Shown here in pieces: positions 1 through 9,370 of a stretch of DNA of 63,381 bases. This DNA comes from an uncultured Helicobacter sp. (GTDB taxonomy: Bacteria; Campylobacterota; Campylobacteria; Campylobacterales; UBA6016): assembly GCA_964630205.1 (NCBI GenBank), contig CAZVTM010000007.1, positions 1-63,381 of the forward strand. The letters are read 5' to 3'. The notes beneath the pieces are model-generated. The model was given only the letters and a program-made list of their open reading frames with translations. It had not been told where the DNA came from and made no database searches. How positions within the stretch are numbered: position 1 is the first letter of the stretch; every line of letters begins with the position of its first letter. Both the position numbers and the translations under genes were made by a program.

Positions 1-1
1 C

Positions 2-199
2 TCGGCATCGATAGATGAGATACCGCAAAATATATTTGACCAGCTAAGTGAAAACGACGGTATTTTAGTCTCTCCGATAGTTCGAGGCAATAAACAAATA
101 ATCACCAAATATCGAAAAAACAGATATATGATAGTCAAAGAAGATGTAGAAGAGTGCCTTTTTGTTCCGATTCAAAGAGGCGTTAGCAAAATAAACTAA
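2..199 (+). CDS. pcm: Protein-L-isoaspartate O-methyltransferase, C-terminal fragment (5' end outside window)
   Basis: Hand translation of frame +2: SASIDEIPQNIFDQLSENDGILVSPIV...EECLFVPIQRGVSKIN*. This matches the PCM C-terminus (IP..L.DQL..GG.LV.P ... C.FVP). Not in the ORF track. Confidence 0.8.
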   Translation, partial: SASIDEIPQNIFDQLSENDGILVSPIVRGNKQIITKYRKNRYMIVKEDVEECLFVPIQRGVSKIN

Positions 200-247
200 T
201 GGCTGTGTCTACGTCACAAAACCGTCAAAAAATATTTGTAACATCAA

Positions 248-269
248 CATATCAAGATTTTTAGATATG
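248..269. promoter_or_regulatory. Probable ArsR operator upstream of arsC
   Basis: CATATC-N10-GATATG inverted repeat containing ATCAA-N6-TAGAT (251-266), one mismatch from the ATCAA-N6-TTGAT ArsR/SmtB-type box. It lies 13 nt before the arsC ATG. Confidence 0.6.
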
Positions 270-282
270 AGGGGTTATCGTT

Positions 283-744
283 ATGGTTAAGAAAAAAGTT
301 TTGTTCGTCTGTATCCATAATAGTGCCAGAAGCCAAATGGCGGAGACGTTTTTGAATGAACTTGGCGGTGATATTTTTGAGGCACAAAGCGCCGGTTTTG
401 AACCAGGGAAAATAAATCCGATAGTCGTTGAGGCAATGGCTGAAGTTGGGCATGACATATCAAAAAATAAAACCGATTCCGTGTTTGAGTTTTTTAAAGA
501 AGGGAAAAGGTTTAACTATGTTATTACGGTGTGCGATGAAGGGGCTGCGCAAAGATGTCCATTGTTTCCAGGTATAACACAAAGAATCAACTGGAGCTTT
601 GAAGATCCTAGCGGTTTTGAAGGCACCCATGATGAAAAACTGGCTAAAACAAGAGCTATAAGAGATGCCATAAGGGGCAAAGTAGAAGAATTTCTAAACG
701 GTGTGAAAAATAAAGAGATAATAGAAAACATGCCGAAGGGGTAA
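283..744 (+). CDS. arsC: Arsenate reductase, LMW-PTPase (thioredoxin-type) family
   Basis: P-loop [12 protein letters not shown] (CX5R), distal Cys pair [18 protein letters not shown] motif; adjacent to arsR and arsB. Confidence 0.9.
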   Translation: MVKKKVLFVCIHNSARSQMAETFLNELGGDIFEAQSAGFEPGKINPIVVEAMAEVGHDISKNKTDSVFEFFKEGKRFNYVITVCDEGAAQRCPLFPGITQRINWSFEDPSGFEGTHDEKLAKTRAIRDAIRGKVEEFLNGVKNKEIIENMPKG

Positions 745-745
745 G

Positions 746-1051
746 ATGGAGTATTTTTTGAAATGTATAGGTGCCGCGAATGATGAAACTAGGGTTAAAA
801 TTTTGAAGTTCCTAATTATTCACGGCAAAAGCTGCGTATGCGAACTGGAGAGCTCGCTACAAATGATACAGTCCAGGCTATCTCGCCACTTAAAAATACT
901 CAAAGACGGCGGTTTTTTGGATGTCGAGAGAGTTGGTAGCTATGCCTATTATTACCTTGCGCCGAAAGCCCAAATAAATAAAAAAATTCTAGAAGAAATA
1001 AAAAACATGGATATCTATATTGATAAAAAACTTGATATTTGCGCTAGCTAG
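746..1051 (+). CDS. arsR: ArsR/SmtB-family arsenic-responsive repressor
   Basis: DETRVKIL, SCVCEL metal-binding motif, QSRLSRHLKILK helix-turn-helix. Confidence 0.9.
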   Translation: MEYFLKCIGAANDETRVKILKFLIIHGKSCVCELESSLQMIQSRLSRHLKILKDGGFLDVERVGSYAYYYLAPKAQINKKILEEIKNMDIYIDKKLDICAS

Positions 1052-1060
1052 GAATATATT

Positions 1061-2317
1061 GTGATTCTTGCGATTTTGATATTTTTATTTACTATGGCGC
1101 TTGTGATATTTCAGCCCAAAGGGCTAAAAATAGGGACATCGGCTGTGATAGGGGCTGCACTTGCTTATGTGCTCGGCGCCGTAGATTTTGGAGATATGAT
1201 AGAGGTGAGCTCTATAGTTTGGGATGCGACGCTTAGTTTTATAGGTATTATTATTCTCTCTATGGTATTGGATGAAATAGGATTTTTCGAGTGGTGTGCT
1301 ATCAAAATGGCAAAATTATCAAAGGGCGACGGGCAAAAAATGTTCGTCTATTCTTTGCTACTTGGGGCTTTTGTGAGCGCTCTTTTTGCCAATGACGGTG
1401 CAGCCCTTATCCTTACGCCGATACTGCTTTCAAAAATGAGACTTTTGCAGCTAAACGTCAAAACTATAGTTGCCTTCCTTTTGGCGGGCGGTTTTATATC
1501 CGATAGCGCGTCTTTGCCTTTTGTATTTTCCAATCTAACCAACATAGTTACGGCGGGCTATTTTGAAATAGGATTTGCGGACTATATGTTGAATATGGCC
1601 ATACCTTTCTTTGTAAGCGTATCTATTTCAATTTTTGTACTTTGGATTGTGCTAAGGCGTGATATCCCGAAGACGGTTGATATAACACTCCTAAAAGAGC
1701 CCGACTCCGTTCTAAAAGATAAATCGCTTTTTTATTTTAGCTGGCTTTTTTTGGCTTTGCTACTTTGCGGTTATTTTTTGGGCGATGCCTTGCATTTACC
1801 TATCTCTGTTTTTGCCCTTGGCGGCGCAATTATATTTTTACTAATAGCTTCGCAGAGAAAAGCCGCAAAGTTTTACTTAACGATCAAGACAGCCCCGTGG
1901 CAAGTAGTTTGGTTTAGTATAGGGCTTTACGTAGTTGTGTATGGGCTCAAAAATGCAGGACTTACTGACGAGATATCGTTTGCGGTTGGGGAGCTTGTTA
2001 AGCTTGGAGAGCCGATTGCGGTCATAGGAGTAGGATTTTTGGCCGCGGTACTTAGCGCATTTATGAATAATATGCCTACGGTTATGGTGATGGATATAGC
2101 CTTAAAGCCGCATGCAAACGAGCTACTAGCGTATGCAAATATTATAGGGTGCAACTTGGGTCCAAAAATGACACCTTTTGGCTCTCTGGCTACACTTTTA
2201 TGGTTGCATGTATTGGATAAAAAAGGTATTAAGATAGGCTTTACGGAGTACTCAAAATTTGGTGTTTTGGTAACTCCGCCGATACTTTTGGTTGTTTTGC
2301 TCTCGCTTTTGGGCTGA
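1061..2317 (+). CDS. arsB: Arsenite efflux pump ArsB
   Basis: GTG start; multi-TM protein with ANDGAALILTP, SNLTNIV, NNMPTV and GPKMTPFGSLATLLW motifs typical of ArsB. Confidence 0.93.
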   Translation: MILAILIFLFTMALVIFQPKGLKIGTSAVIGAALAYVLGAVDFGDMIEVSSIVWDATLSFIGIIILSMVLDEIGFFEWCAIKMAKLSKGDGQKMFVYSLLLGAFVSALFANDGAALILTPILLSKMRLLQLNVKTIVAFLLAGGFISDSASLPFVFSNLTNIVTAGYFEIGFADYMLNMAIPFFVSVSISIFVLWIVLRRDIPKTVDITLLKEPDSVLKDKSLFYFSWLFLALLLCGYFLGDALHLPISVFALGGAIIFLLIASQRKAAKFYLTIKTAPWQVVWFSIGLYVVVYGLKNAGLTDEISFAVGELVKLGEPIAVIGVGFLAAVLSAFMNNMPTVMVMDIALKPHANELLAYANIIGCNLGPKMTPFGSLATLLWLHVLDKKGIKIGFTEYSKFGVLVTPPILLVVLLSLLG

Positions 2318-2322
2318 AAGGA

Positions 2323-3909
2323 TTAAACCCTAAAGCCCTTCATTTGTCTGTCTAGATCATCGGATGCTCTTGCGAGCTCTTTTGCTATCCCTATCAGCTC
2401 GTCGGATATATTTTGGTTTTGGATAGCAACCGTCATTGTGTCGTTCATCTTTGTGATAAGCGTTTTTGTCATATAGCTTATTTCTACGGCTGCCTGAGAG
2501 GCTTTTTTGCTTGTCTCTATAGTTGTCAGTATTTTTTGCTGTGTTTCATCGGCTATTTCTTTGACATCCAAGGCGTCGCTGGATAGATTTTTGATGTTCT
2601 CGGCATTTTTATTCATGTTTTCGCTTACATCGCCTACGCTTTGAACAACCACGCTGATTGTTGCGTCGATTTCTGTAAGGCTTTTTTGTGTTCTCTCGGC
2701 TAGCTTTCTCACCTCATCGGCAACAACCGCAAATCCTCTGCCGTGCTCACCTGCTCTTGCCGCTTCTATAGCTGCATTTAGCGCTAGCAGGTTTGTTTGG
2801 TCGGCTATGTCTTTTATCATCTCTAAAACATCTTTGATTTTTAGAGTTTCGTTTGCAAGTGAATTAATCTTGCTACTCATGCCCATCTCTTCTTCGCTTG
2901 CCAAATAGATAGCATCTACAACTCTGTTTAGAGAAGAGCTCATTTGCGTCAATACCTCAAGATTAGCCTTCGTATCCTCAGTCGTTTGTATGGCTAGCTG
3001 CTCAGACAAATCTATCTCTTTTTCAACCTTTGTTACAAGGTCTTTTGACTCTTGAACCATCTTTGTTTGCAGGTGGGCTGATTTGGATATTTCGTTTGCA
3101 ATTGTCAGTGTTTTTTCGCTGATTGTTTTTGTCTCGGATGCTGTTTTGCCTACGCCTATGACCGTTGTTTGGATTTTCTCGATAAATTTATTTATATATC
3201 CGGTTACGCCGCCTATCTCATCGTCATTTTTGGCCTTCAGCCTCTTTGTCAGGTCACCTTCCCCTTCTGCCAAATCCTTTGTCGTATCGGTCAGAATTTG
3301 AAGCGGCGTAAACAATGTGTTTTTAAAGAAGAACAACACCCCGATTAATGCAAAAATAGATGCTACTATCATTGCTGCAGTTATTATATAGCCCGCTTTA
3401 GCTATATCGTTATCAGACTCTTCGAGTGAAATTTTCAAATCCATAACGCCGAGAACATCGCCTTCTTTTGACGTTACGTGACAGCTTAAGCAGTCTTTTT
3501 CTGCAAGAAGCGGCTTGATTAGTCTTACTTGGTGCTTGCCTTCGGTTATCTCTATGAGTTTGGTTTCTTTTGTCTCAAATGTTTTTAGAATATCGGGATC
3601 TTTTGTGGTCTCTGCCTGCAGACCAAAGGCTTCTATTACCTGTTTTGATTTAGATATGGCGAGGGCGTCGATACCAGGTATCTTTTTTGCCCTAGCTAGA
3701 GTCTCTTCCACCACTTTAGGGTCACCTGTTGACATGCTGGTCCGGAGTGTTTGGAATATAGATTCACTTAGCATTTGTAGTGATTTTTGAGATGTTTTAT
3801 TGGCAAGGTCTCGCGAGTTGGCGCTCATAAAAAGTACTATTCCTATGCCGCCTATTATGAGGCCGACAATCATTGCGCTAATAATTTTTGAGTGAATCGT
3901 TTTTAGCAT
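2323..3909 (-). CDS. Methyl-accepting chemotaxis protein with periplasmic CXXCH (putative c-type heme) sensor domain
   Basis: Two TM helices, HAMP domain, signalling core [37 protein letters not shown]; periplasmic CLSCH. Start moved to ATG 3909, which has an AAGGA SD; the ORF track begins at TTG 3927. Confidence 0.9.
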   Translation of the reverse strand: MLKTIHSKIISAMIVGLIIGGIGIVLFMSANSRDLANKTSQKSLQMLSESIFQTLRTSMSTGDPKVVEETLARAKKIPGIDALAISKSKQVIEAFGLQAETTKDPDILKTFETKETKLIEITEGKHQVRLIKPLLAEKDCLSCHVTSKEGDVLGVMDLKISLEESDNDIAKAGYIITAAMIVASIFALIGVLFFFKNTLFTPLQILTDTTKDLAEGEGDLTKRLKAKNDDEIGGVTGYINKFIEKIQTTVIGVGKTASETKTISEKTLTIANEISKSAHLQTKMVQESKDLVTKVEKEIDLSEQLAIQTTEDTKANLEVLTQMSSSLNRVVDAIYLASEEEMGMSSKINSLANETLKIKDVLEMIKDIADQTNLLALNAAIEAARAGEHGRGFAVVADEVRKLAERTQKSLTEIDATISVVVQSVGDVSENMNKNAENIKNLSSDALDVKEIADETQQKILTTIETSKKASQAAVEISYMTKTLITKMNDTMTVAIQNQNISDELIGIAKELARASDDLDRQMKGFRV

Positions 3910-4013
3910 CCGTAAATTCCTTGTCAAACTTATTTTGAATTTATCTTTTTATTTTAACTTGTATTTGTGATATTTGTGACATATTTGTCTTAAAAAGCAC
4001 AATTTTTACAATT

Positions 4014-5108
4014 TTATTTTCTAAGCGCCACCAATACATCTTCAATTACATCGTCCAAATTGCCGTCAAGTATCTCAAAAACATTTGAGTATGCCTGTTC
4101 ACTCCTCGTGTCTTTGACCTGTTGATATGGTGCGAGTACATAGCTCCTTATCTGGCTCCCCCAGCCTATGTTGCTTTTTTCTACTCCGGCGAGTTCCGCT
4201 TCTCGCTTCTCCAATTCAAGCTCGTAAAGTCTTGATTTGAGCATTTTGAATGCTTTGTCTTTGTTTTTATGCTGGCTTCTGTCGTTTTGACACTGGACGA
4301 CTATATTCGTCGGTATATGCGTGATTCTGACCGCCGAATCGGTCTTGTTGACATGCTGACCGCCTGCGCCGGAGGCTCTGTAGTAGTCTATTCGGATGTC
4401 TTTTTCGTCAATGTCTATCTCTATGTCGTCGTCAATTTCCGGAGATACGAGTACGGAGCTAAAGGATGTGTGTCGTCTAGCATTTGAATCGTAAGGTGAT
4501 ATACGGACAAGTCTGTGTATTCCGTTTTCGGCCTTGAGATATCCATATGCGTTTTCGCCGCTTATTAGCACCGTAGCGTCTTTAATGCCAGCTTCCTCAC
4601 CCTCTTGATAGTCCATAATTTCAGCTTTAAACCCTTTTCGCTCAGCCCACCTTATGTACATACGATATAGCATTGATGCCCAGTCGTTTGATTCTGTGCC
4701 GCCTGCGCCTGGGTGGATAGAAACGATTGCGTTACGGCCGTCGTTTTCACCGCTTAGCATTACCTCGATTTCCATTTTTTTGATTTTCCGCTCAAGCTCA
4801 GGCGCTTCAGCAAAAAGCATCTCCACTGTATCGTTGTCATTTTCTGAATTTGCTATTTCAAAAAGCTCTTTTGAGTCGGTCAGAGAGTCTCTTACGTTTT
4901 GGTATTTTGTGAATAATGAGCTTAGTTTTGATTTTTGTTTTTGTACTTCCGATGCTTTTGCGGCATCCAGCCAAAAAGACTCTTCTTGTTCGGCTACTTC
5001 TATCTCTTTTAATTTTGCGGCTATTTCGTCGGGTTTTATTAGGGCCGCTATATTTGAGAGTTTTGAATCTAGTGTTTTAATGAGTTCGGAGTATTCGTAT
5101 GCGTCCAA
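4014..5108 (-). CDS. prfB: Peptide chain release factor 2 (no internal frameshift)
   Basis: GAGGTES, RRHTSF and GGQ ([16 protein letters not shown]) motifs; continuous ORF with a TTG start. Confidence 0.97.
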   Translation of the reverse strand: MDAYEYSELIKTLDSKLSNIAALIKPDEIAAKLKEIEVAEQEESFWLDAAKASEVQKQKSKLSSLFTKYQNVRDSLTDSKELFEIANSENDNDTVEMLFAEAPELERKIKKMEIEVMLSGENDGRNAIVSIHPGAGGTESNDWASMLYRMYIRWAERKGFKAEIMDYQEGEEAGIKDATVLISGENAYGYLKAENGIHRLVRISPYDSNARRHTSFSSVLVSPEIDDDIEIDIDEKDIRIDYYRASGAGGQHVNKTDSAVRITHIPTNIVVQCQNDRSQHKNKDKAFKMLKSRLYELELEKREAELAGVEKSNIGWGSQIRSYVLAPYQQVKDTRSEQAYSNVFEILDGNLDDVIEDVLVALRK

Positions 5109-5125
5109 GATTTCCTCTTTATTAT

Positions 5126-5160
5126 TGTATAATTTTTATTCAGATTAACCGCTCATTATA
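5126..5160. promoter_or_regulatory. Divergent sigma70-type -10 elements for panC (+, TATAAT 5128-5133) and prfB (-, TATAAT 5155-5160)
   Basis: Perfect TATAAT hexamers on opposite strands in the 70-bp intergenic region. Confidence 0.5.
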
Positions 5161-5178
5161 GAGGAACAAGGCTTTAAA

Positions 5179-6000
5179 TTGAAAATTTTTAAGAGCGCAA
5201 AAGAATTTAAAAACTACACAAAAAACCTACAAGGAACTATAGGTTTTATTCCTACCATGGGCGCTTTGCACGACGGTCATATGTCGCTTGTCAGGCAAGC
5301 AAAAAGTGAAAACGACTTTTGCGTCGTATCCATCTTTGTCAATCCCACACAGTTTCTGGCGGGCGAAGACCTCTCTAAATATCCAAGACGGATAGAGGCG
5401 GATATGAAGCTATGCGAGCTTGCCGGCGTGGACGCTCTATTTTTGCCGACCGAGAACGAGATGTATGAAGATGATGAGCCGAGCATTAAAGCTCCTAAAA
5501 ATACGGGGTATATACTCGAAGGATTTGTGCGACCGGGGCACTTTGACGGTGTATTAACGGTTGTGATGAAGCTGCTCAATCTCTCCTCTGCTTCAAGGGC
5601 GTATTTTGGGCAAAAAGATGCGCAACAACTGATTCTTATCAAGCAGATGGCGGATAGATATTTTATGGATGTCGAGATAGTAGAGTGTCCCATAGTCAGG
5701 GAAAAAGAGGGGCTGGCAATGAGCAGTCGCAATGTCTATCTTGATGAGACTCAAAAAAAAGCCTCTCTTGCCATCTCAAAATCTCTGTTTGCAGCAGGAG
5801 CCGCTGTTGGTGCAGGCGAGCTGGACACCGCAAAAATAGAGGCAAAGATGAGAGAAGAGCTAAAAGAGCTTGATGTCGAATACATAGCCTTTTGCGATAG
5901 AAACTTGAAAAAACAAGAGAAAATTGAGCTCAAAAACTCGATAGTGCTAGTGGCGGCAAAGGTCGGCACGACAAGACTTATAGATAATATTTGGATTTAA
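5179..6000 (+). CDS. panC: Pantoate-beta-alanine ligase
   Basis: [43 protein letters not shown] motifs. Confidence 0.97.
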   Translation: MKIFKSAKEFKNYTKNLQGTIGFIPTMGALHDGHMSLVRQAKSENDFCVVSIFVNPTQFLAGEDLSKYPRRIEADMKLCELAGVDALFLPTENEMYEDDEPSIKAPKNTGYILEGFVRPGHFDGVLTVVMKLLNLSSASRAYFGQKDAQQLILIKQMADRYFMDVEIVECPIVREKEGLAMSSRNVYLDETQKKASLAISKSLFAAGAAVGAGELDTAKIEAKMREELKELDVEYIAFCDRNLKKQEKIELKNSIVLVAAKVGTTRLIDNIWI

Positions 6001-6001
6001 A

Positions 6002-7318
6002 ATGAAAAAGAAAAAACTTTTTATGGTGAGCCTAGGATGCTCCAAAAACCAGGTCGATAGCGAGGTAATGCTAGGGAGACTCAAAAATTATGAGATGACA
6101 AGCGACTCCGGCGAAGCTGACGCCATTATCGTCAACACCTGCGGTTTTATCGACGCCGCCAAACAGGAGAGCATCAATACTGTACTCTCTCTTCACGGCG
6201 GACGAAAAGAGGGTTCAAAACTCGTGATGGCGGGGTGTCTCTCCGAGAGATACAAAGACGAGCTTCAAAAAGAGCTTAGCGAGGTGGATATTTTCACCGG
6301 CGTTGCCGACTACGCAAAGATAGACGAGCTAATAGAGGGCAAAAAAAGTGAATTTACTGAAGGGACTTTCCTTATCGACGAAGAGGAGAGGGTGGTAATC
6401 AACTCAAACTACCACGCCTACATCAAAGTGGCGGAGGGGTGCAACCAGACTTGCAGTTTCTGCGCCATCCCTTCATTCAAAGGCAAACTTTTCTCACGTT
6501 CGCAGGAGTCGATACTAAAAGAGATAGCTTCGCTAAATAAAAAAGGGTATTTCGATTTTAGCCTTATTGCGCAAGATAGCTCTTCGTATATGAGAGATAA
6601 GGGCGAAAAGGACGGTCTTGCAAGCCTAATCGAAAAGATAGATGCTCTTGATGGTGATTTTTACGCAAGGATCCTCTATCTCTATCCGTCCACGACTGAC
6701 GAGAAGCTGATAGAGACGATAGCGAACGCCAAAAAATTCGTAAACTACTTTGATATGCCGGTGCAACACATCTCGGATAGAATGCTGCGCCTCATGAAAA
6801 GAGGGGCGGGCAAAGAAAAGAGTGTCAAACTATTAGAGATGATGAGAGCCGTACCGAATAGCTTCGTGCGGACATCTGTGATAGTGGGACACCCGGGCGA
6901 GTCTGATGAGGATTTTACCGAAATGCTCTCATTTATCGATGAGTTTGATTTTGACGCCGTAACAGTGTTTGAGTACTCTGACGAAGAGGGTACGGGGGCG
7001 TATGAGATGGCGGACAAGGTGGACAAAAAAACAGTTTCCAAAAGGCTAACCTCAATCAAAAAAGCAGTAGCCAAAAAGACGGCAAAAAAGGCAAAAGCGG
7101 CAATCGGAAGTAGTTTTGAGGCGGTGTTTGAGGGTGTGAGCGACGAGCATGAGTATCTATTTAGAGCCAAAAAGAAAATCTGGGCGCCTGAAATAGACGG
7201 CGAAATACTGGTAAACGAGAGCGAAGTGGAAAATCCGCAAATCGGCAGGCTATATAAAATGACCGCTACGAGTGCGGCAAAGGATAAGATAATTGCAAGA
7301 ATCGACGGCGTTGCTTGA
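6002..7318 (+). CDS. rimO: Ribosomal protein S12 methylthiotransferase
   Basis: SLGCSKNQVDSE, NTCGFI, radical-SAM CNQTCSFC, APEIDG motifs. Confidence 0.95.
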   Translation: MKKKKLFMVSLGCSKNQVDSEVMLGRLKNYEMTSDSGEADAIIVNTCGFIDAAKQESINTVLSLHGGRKEGSKLVMAGCLSERYKDELQKELSEVDIFTGVADYAKIDELIEGKKSEFTEGTFLIDEEERVVINSNYHAYIKVAEGCNQTCSFCAIPSFKGKLFSRSQESILKEIASLNKKGYFDFSLIAQDSSSYMRDKGEKDGLASLIEKIDALDGDFYARILYLYPSTTDEKLIETIANAKKFVNYFDMPVQHISDRMLRLMKRGAGKEKSVKLLEMMRAVPNSFVRTSVIVGHPGESDEDFTEMLSFIDEFDFDAVTVFEYSDEEGTGAYEMADKVDKKTVSKRLTSIKKAVAKKTAKKAKAAIGSSFEAVFEGVSDEHEYLFRAKKKIWAPEIDGEILVNESEVENPQIGRLYKMTATSAAKDKIIARIDGVA

Positions 7319-8312
7319 TGGCGTCTCGCTTGAGGCGCTAAAAGGCAAAAAGAATCTGCTTGCGTTTTCCGGCGGTGTGGACTCTACGGCTCTCTTTTTT
7401 TTGCTTATGGAGGCGGATATAGAGTTTGACATTGCAATAGTCAATTACAACACGAGAGCCTCCTCAAAAGACGAAGAGGAGTATGCAAAAGAGCTTGCAG
7501 ATATATACGGTAAAAAATGCTTCACCTTGTCAGTAAGTCCGCCTGAAAAAAACTTTGAAGCTGAAGCTAGACGGATAAGATATGGGTTTTTTGAAAAGAT
7601 AATCACAGAACATAGCTACCACAACCTCGTGACGGCACATCAGCTAAACGACCGTTTGGAGTGGTTTTTGATGAGGCTTGCCAAGGGGGCCGGCATAAGA
7701 GAGCTTATCGGCGGCACAAGCGTGCAAAAAAAGAGCGGATATGTCATCGTAAAGCCGCTTTTTAAAACCTCGAGAGAGGCTATCTACGACTATCTCAAAT
7801 CCTCAAATAAAAAATATTTTGAAGACTCCAGCAACGAAGACACAAAATATGAACGCAATGCCATGAGGGCTGAGTTTGCAACTCCTTTTATACAAAAATA
7901 CGAAAATGGAGTAAGACGTAGTTTTGATATTCTTGAATCACAGGCTTCTCTTTTTGTGCAGAAGTTTTTTGAGCAGGATTCGCTTATCGTTTTTTGCTCA
8001 AGCGGGGATGTGGTGGATGGCACCAATATAGCACTGGCATTAAAAAAATTGGGATACTTGATTTCTGGGCAACAAAGAGCTGAGATTTTAAAAAATTATG
8101 ATGCCGTTGTAGGCGGAAATTTTGCGGTATCAAAAAACAAAAAAGGGCTCATCTTTGTTTCACCATTTGCCAAGGTGGATATGGATGAAAAATTTAAAGA
8201 TACGTGCAGAAGGCTTGATATACCTCCCAAAAATAGAGGATATTTATTTGCTAGTGGGATTGATGTCCGCTCTCTTGCGGTTTTGCTTGAGGGTTCGTTT
8301 TCTGCTCTTTAG
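7311..8312 (+). CDS. tilS: tRNA(Ile)-lysidine synthetase (short Campylobacterota form)
   Basis: AFSGGVDS PP-loop, EAEARRIRY, TAHQLND, EDSSN...YERN. Start likely TTG 7311, overlapping the rimO stop; the ORF track begins at 7293. Confidence 0.93.
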   Translation: MLDGVSLEALKGKKNLLAFSGGVDSTALFFLLMEADIEFDIAIVNYNTRASSKDEEEYAKELADIYGKKCFTLSVSPPEKNFEAEARRIRYGFFEKIITEHSYHNLVTAHQLNDRLEWFLMRLAKGAGIRELIGGTSVQKKSGYVIVKPLFKTSREAIYDYLKSSNKKYFEDSSNEDTKYERNAMRAEFATPFIQKYENGVRRSFDILESQASLFVQKFFEQDSLIVFCSSGDVVDGTNIALALKKLGYLISGQQRAEILKNYDAVVGGNFAVSKNKKGLIFVSPFAKVDMDEKFKDTCRRLDIPPKNRGYLFASGIDVRSLAVLLEGSFSAL

Positions 8313-8841
8313 CCTCTTTTGGGGTGTCCATATAGTAAACCCTTAGGGCAAAATTTGATATCAAACCGTCGTCATTTCCAGCCATAACAAGGGGAGTCTG
8401 CACTTTAACCACAGCGTTCTCTTCGCTTATAGACTTTAAAAAACCAAATATTTCTTTTGGCGTCTTAAAGGTTGAAGTTACATTGTAATCTTCATAAAAA
8501 AAACCGCCTTCTTTTTGAAGGGCACCGATTTTTTTAATATCAGTTTTTGCAAAATGATTTTTGGCAACCTGCAATAGTGATGTTTCGTCTGTTTTTCTGC
8601 CGAGTGCGGCTATTATTTTTGAGTTTGCCGCTTTAAGATTTTGAAGTTTGGCAATCTCTTCATCATGCCTCTCTTTCGCTTTTAAATATAGCGAATACTC
8701 AATCTTGTATATATCGTTTTGTTTTTTGTAATCCCGTATTGATGGAACTAGCATTGTTGTGAGCGATATCACGCATATTGCAGTGAATATCAACAAAAAC
8801 GTTAAGGCTTTAGTGAGGTCGAATTTTTTAGTGTCTGTCAT
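8251..8841 (-). CDS. pilO: PilO-like membrane protein (flagellar cage-associated type)
   Basis: N-terminal TM helix, coiled coil, then an alpha/beta domain. Third gene of the trio downstream of miaB-lpxJ, as in H. pylori HP0271-0273 and C. jejuni Cj0456c-0454c (recalled synteny). ATG 8841 has an AAAGG SD. Confidence 0.6.
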   Translation of the reverse strand: MTDTKKFDLTKALTFLLIFTAICVISLTTMLVPSIRDYKKQNDIYKIEYSLYLKAKERHDEEIAKLQNLKAANSKIIAALGRKTDETSLLQVAKNHFAKTDIKKIGALQKEGGFFYEDYNVTSTFKTPKEIFGFLKSISEENAVVKVQTPLVMAGNDDGLISNFALRVYYMDTPKEAKEQKTNPQAKPQESGHQSH

Positions 8842-9370
8842 TTTCAACCTTTTCGCTTTCAAGTTTATTTACAGATATAAACTTCATACCGCCGTCGTAG
8901 TTTCTTTTGAAAGATGTTTCACTTGTCGTAAATATAGACTTTAGAGCCGGCGTTAGATGAAGATTGTAAAGCTCTTTTGACGGAGTATTTCCGTACAGTA
9001 CCATACAGTCATGCGAAACTTCTATTTTTGTGAGCGTCACCTGATCCGGAATAATCGCAAATAGGTTTGCTATATTATCCTTGAGTAATGTGTTGGATGT
9101 TTTAATCTCTATTGCAAACGCCAGTTCTTGTTTTAGCGTTTCATGGTTTGACTTTAGCCTGACGGCTTCCGCACTTAAAAATTTTCTATCCAGAGTGGCT
9201 TTTTTCGTTTTTTCTTTGGTGTTTGCTATTTCAAATTCCAATGCACCGTAAAGTGACATCAAAATGGAAGTAGATATAAATATAAATAAAAGCCAGAATT
9301 TTGTATCTCTTTTGAGAATGCTTTTTGGTCTTGGCTTGATAAAGCTTGTTTTGGTTCTAAATAGTGCCAT
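8828..9370 (-). CDS. pilN: PilN-like membrane protein
   Basis: TM helix, coiled coil and PilN-type core (LFAIIPDQVTLTKIEV...LYGNTPS); TAATG-coupled to the upstream gene. Confidence 0.7.
   Translation of the reverse strand: MALFRTKTSFIKPRPKSILKRDTKFWLLFIFISTSILMSLYGALEFEIANTKEKTKKATLDRKFLSAEAVRLKSNHETLKQELAFAIEIKTSNTLLKDNIANLFAIIPDQVTLTKIEVSHDCMVLYGNTPSKELYNLHLTPALKSIFTTSETSFKRNYDGGMKFISVNKLESEKVENDRH

Noticed and set aside
204-218. TGTGT-N5-TCACA CRP-like site after pcm
   Set aside because: Wrong spacing (N5) and a mismatch.
4654-5148. 164-aa + strand ORF opposite prfB, and similar shadow ORFs (5277-5732, 13918-14382, 30189-30635, 44187-44606, 44620-44895)
   Set aside because: They fully overlap conserved genes on the other strand or frame and show antisense codon patterns.
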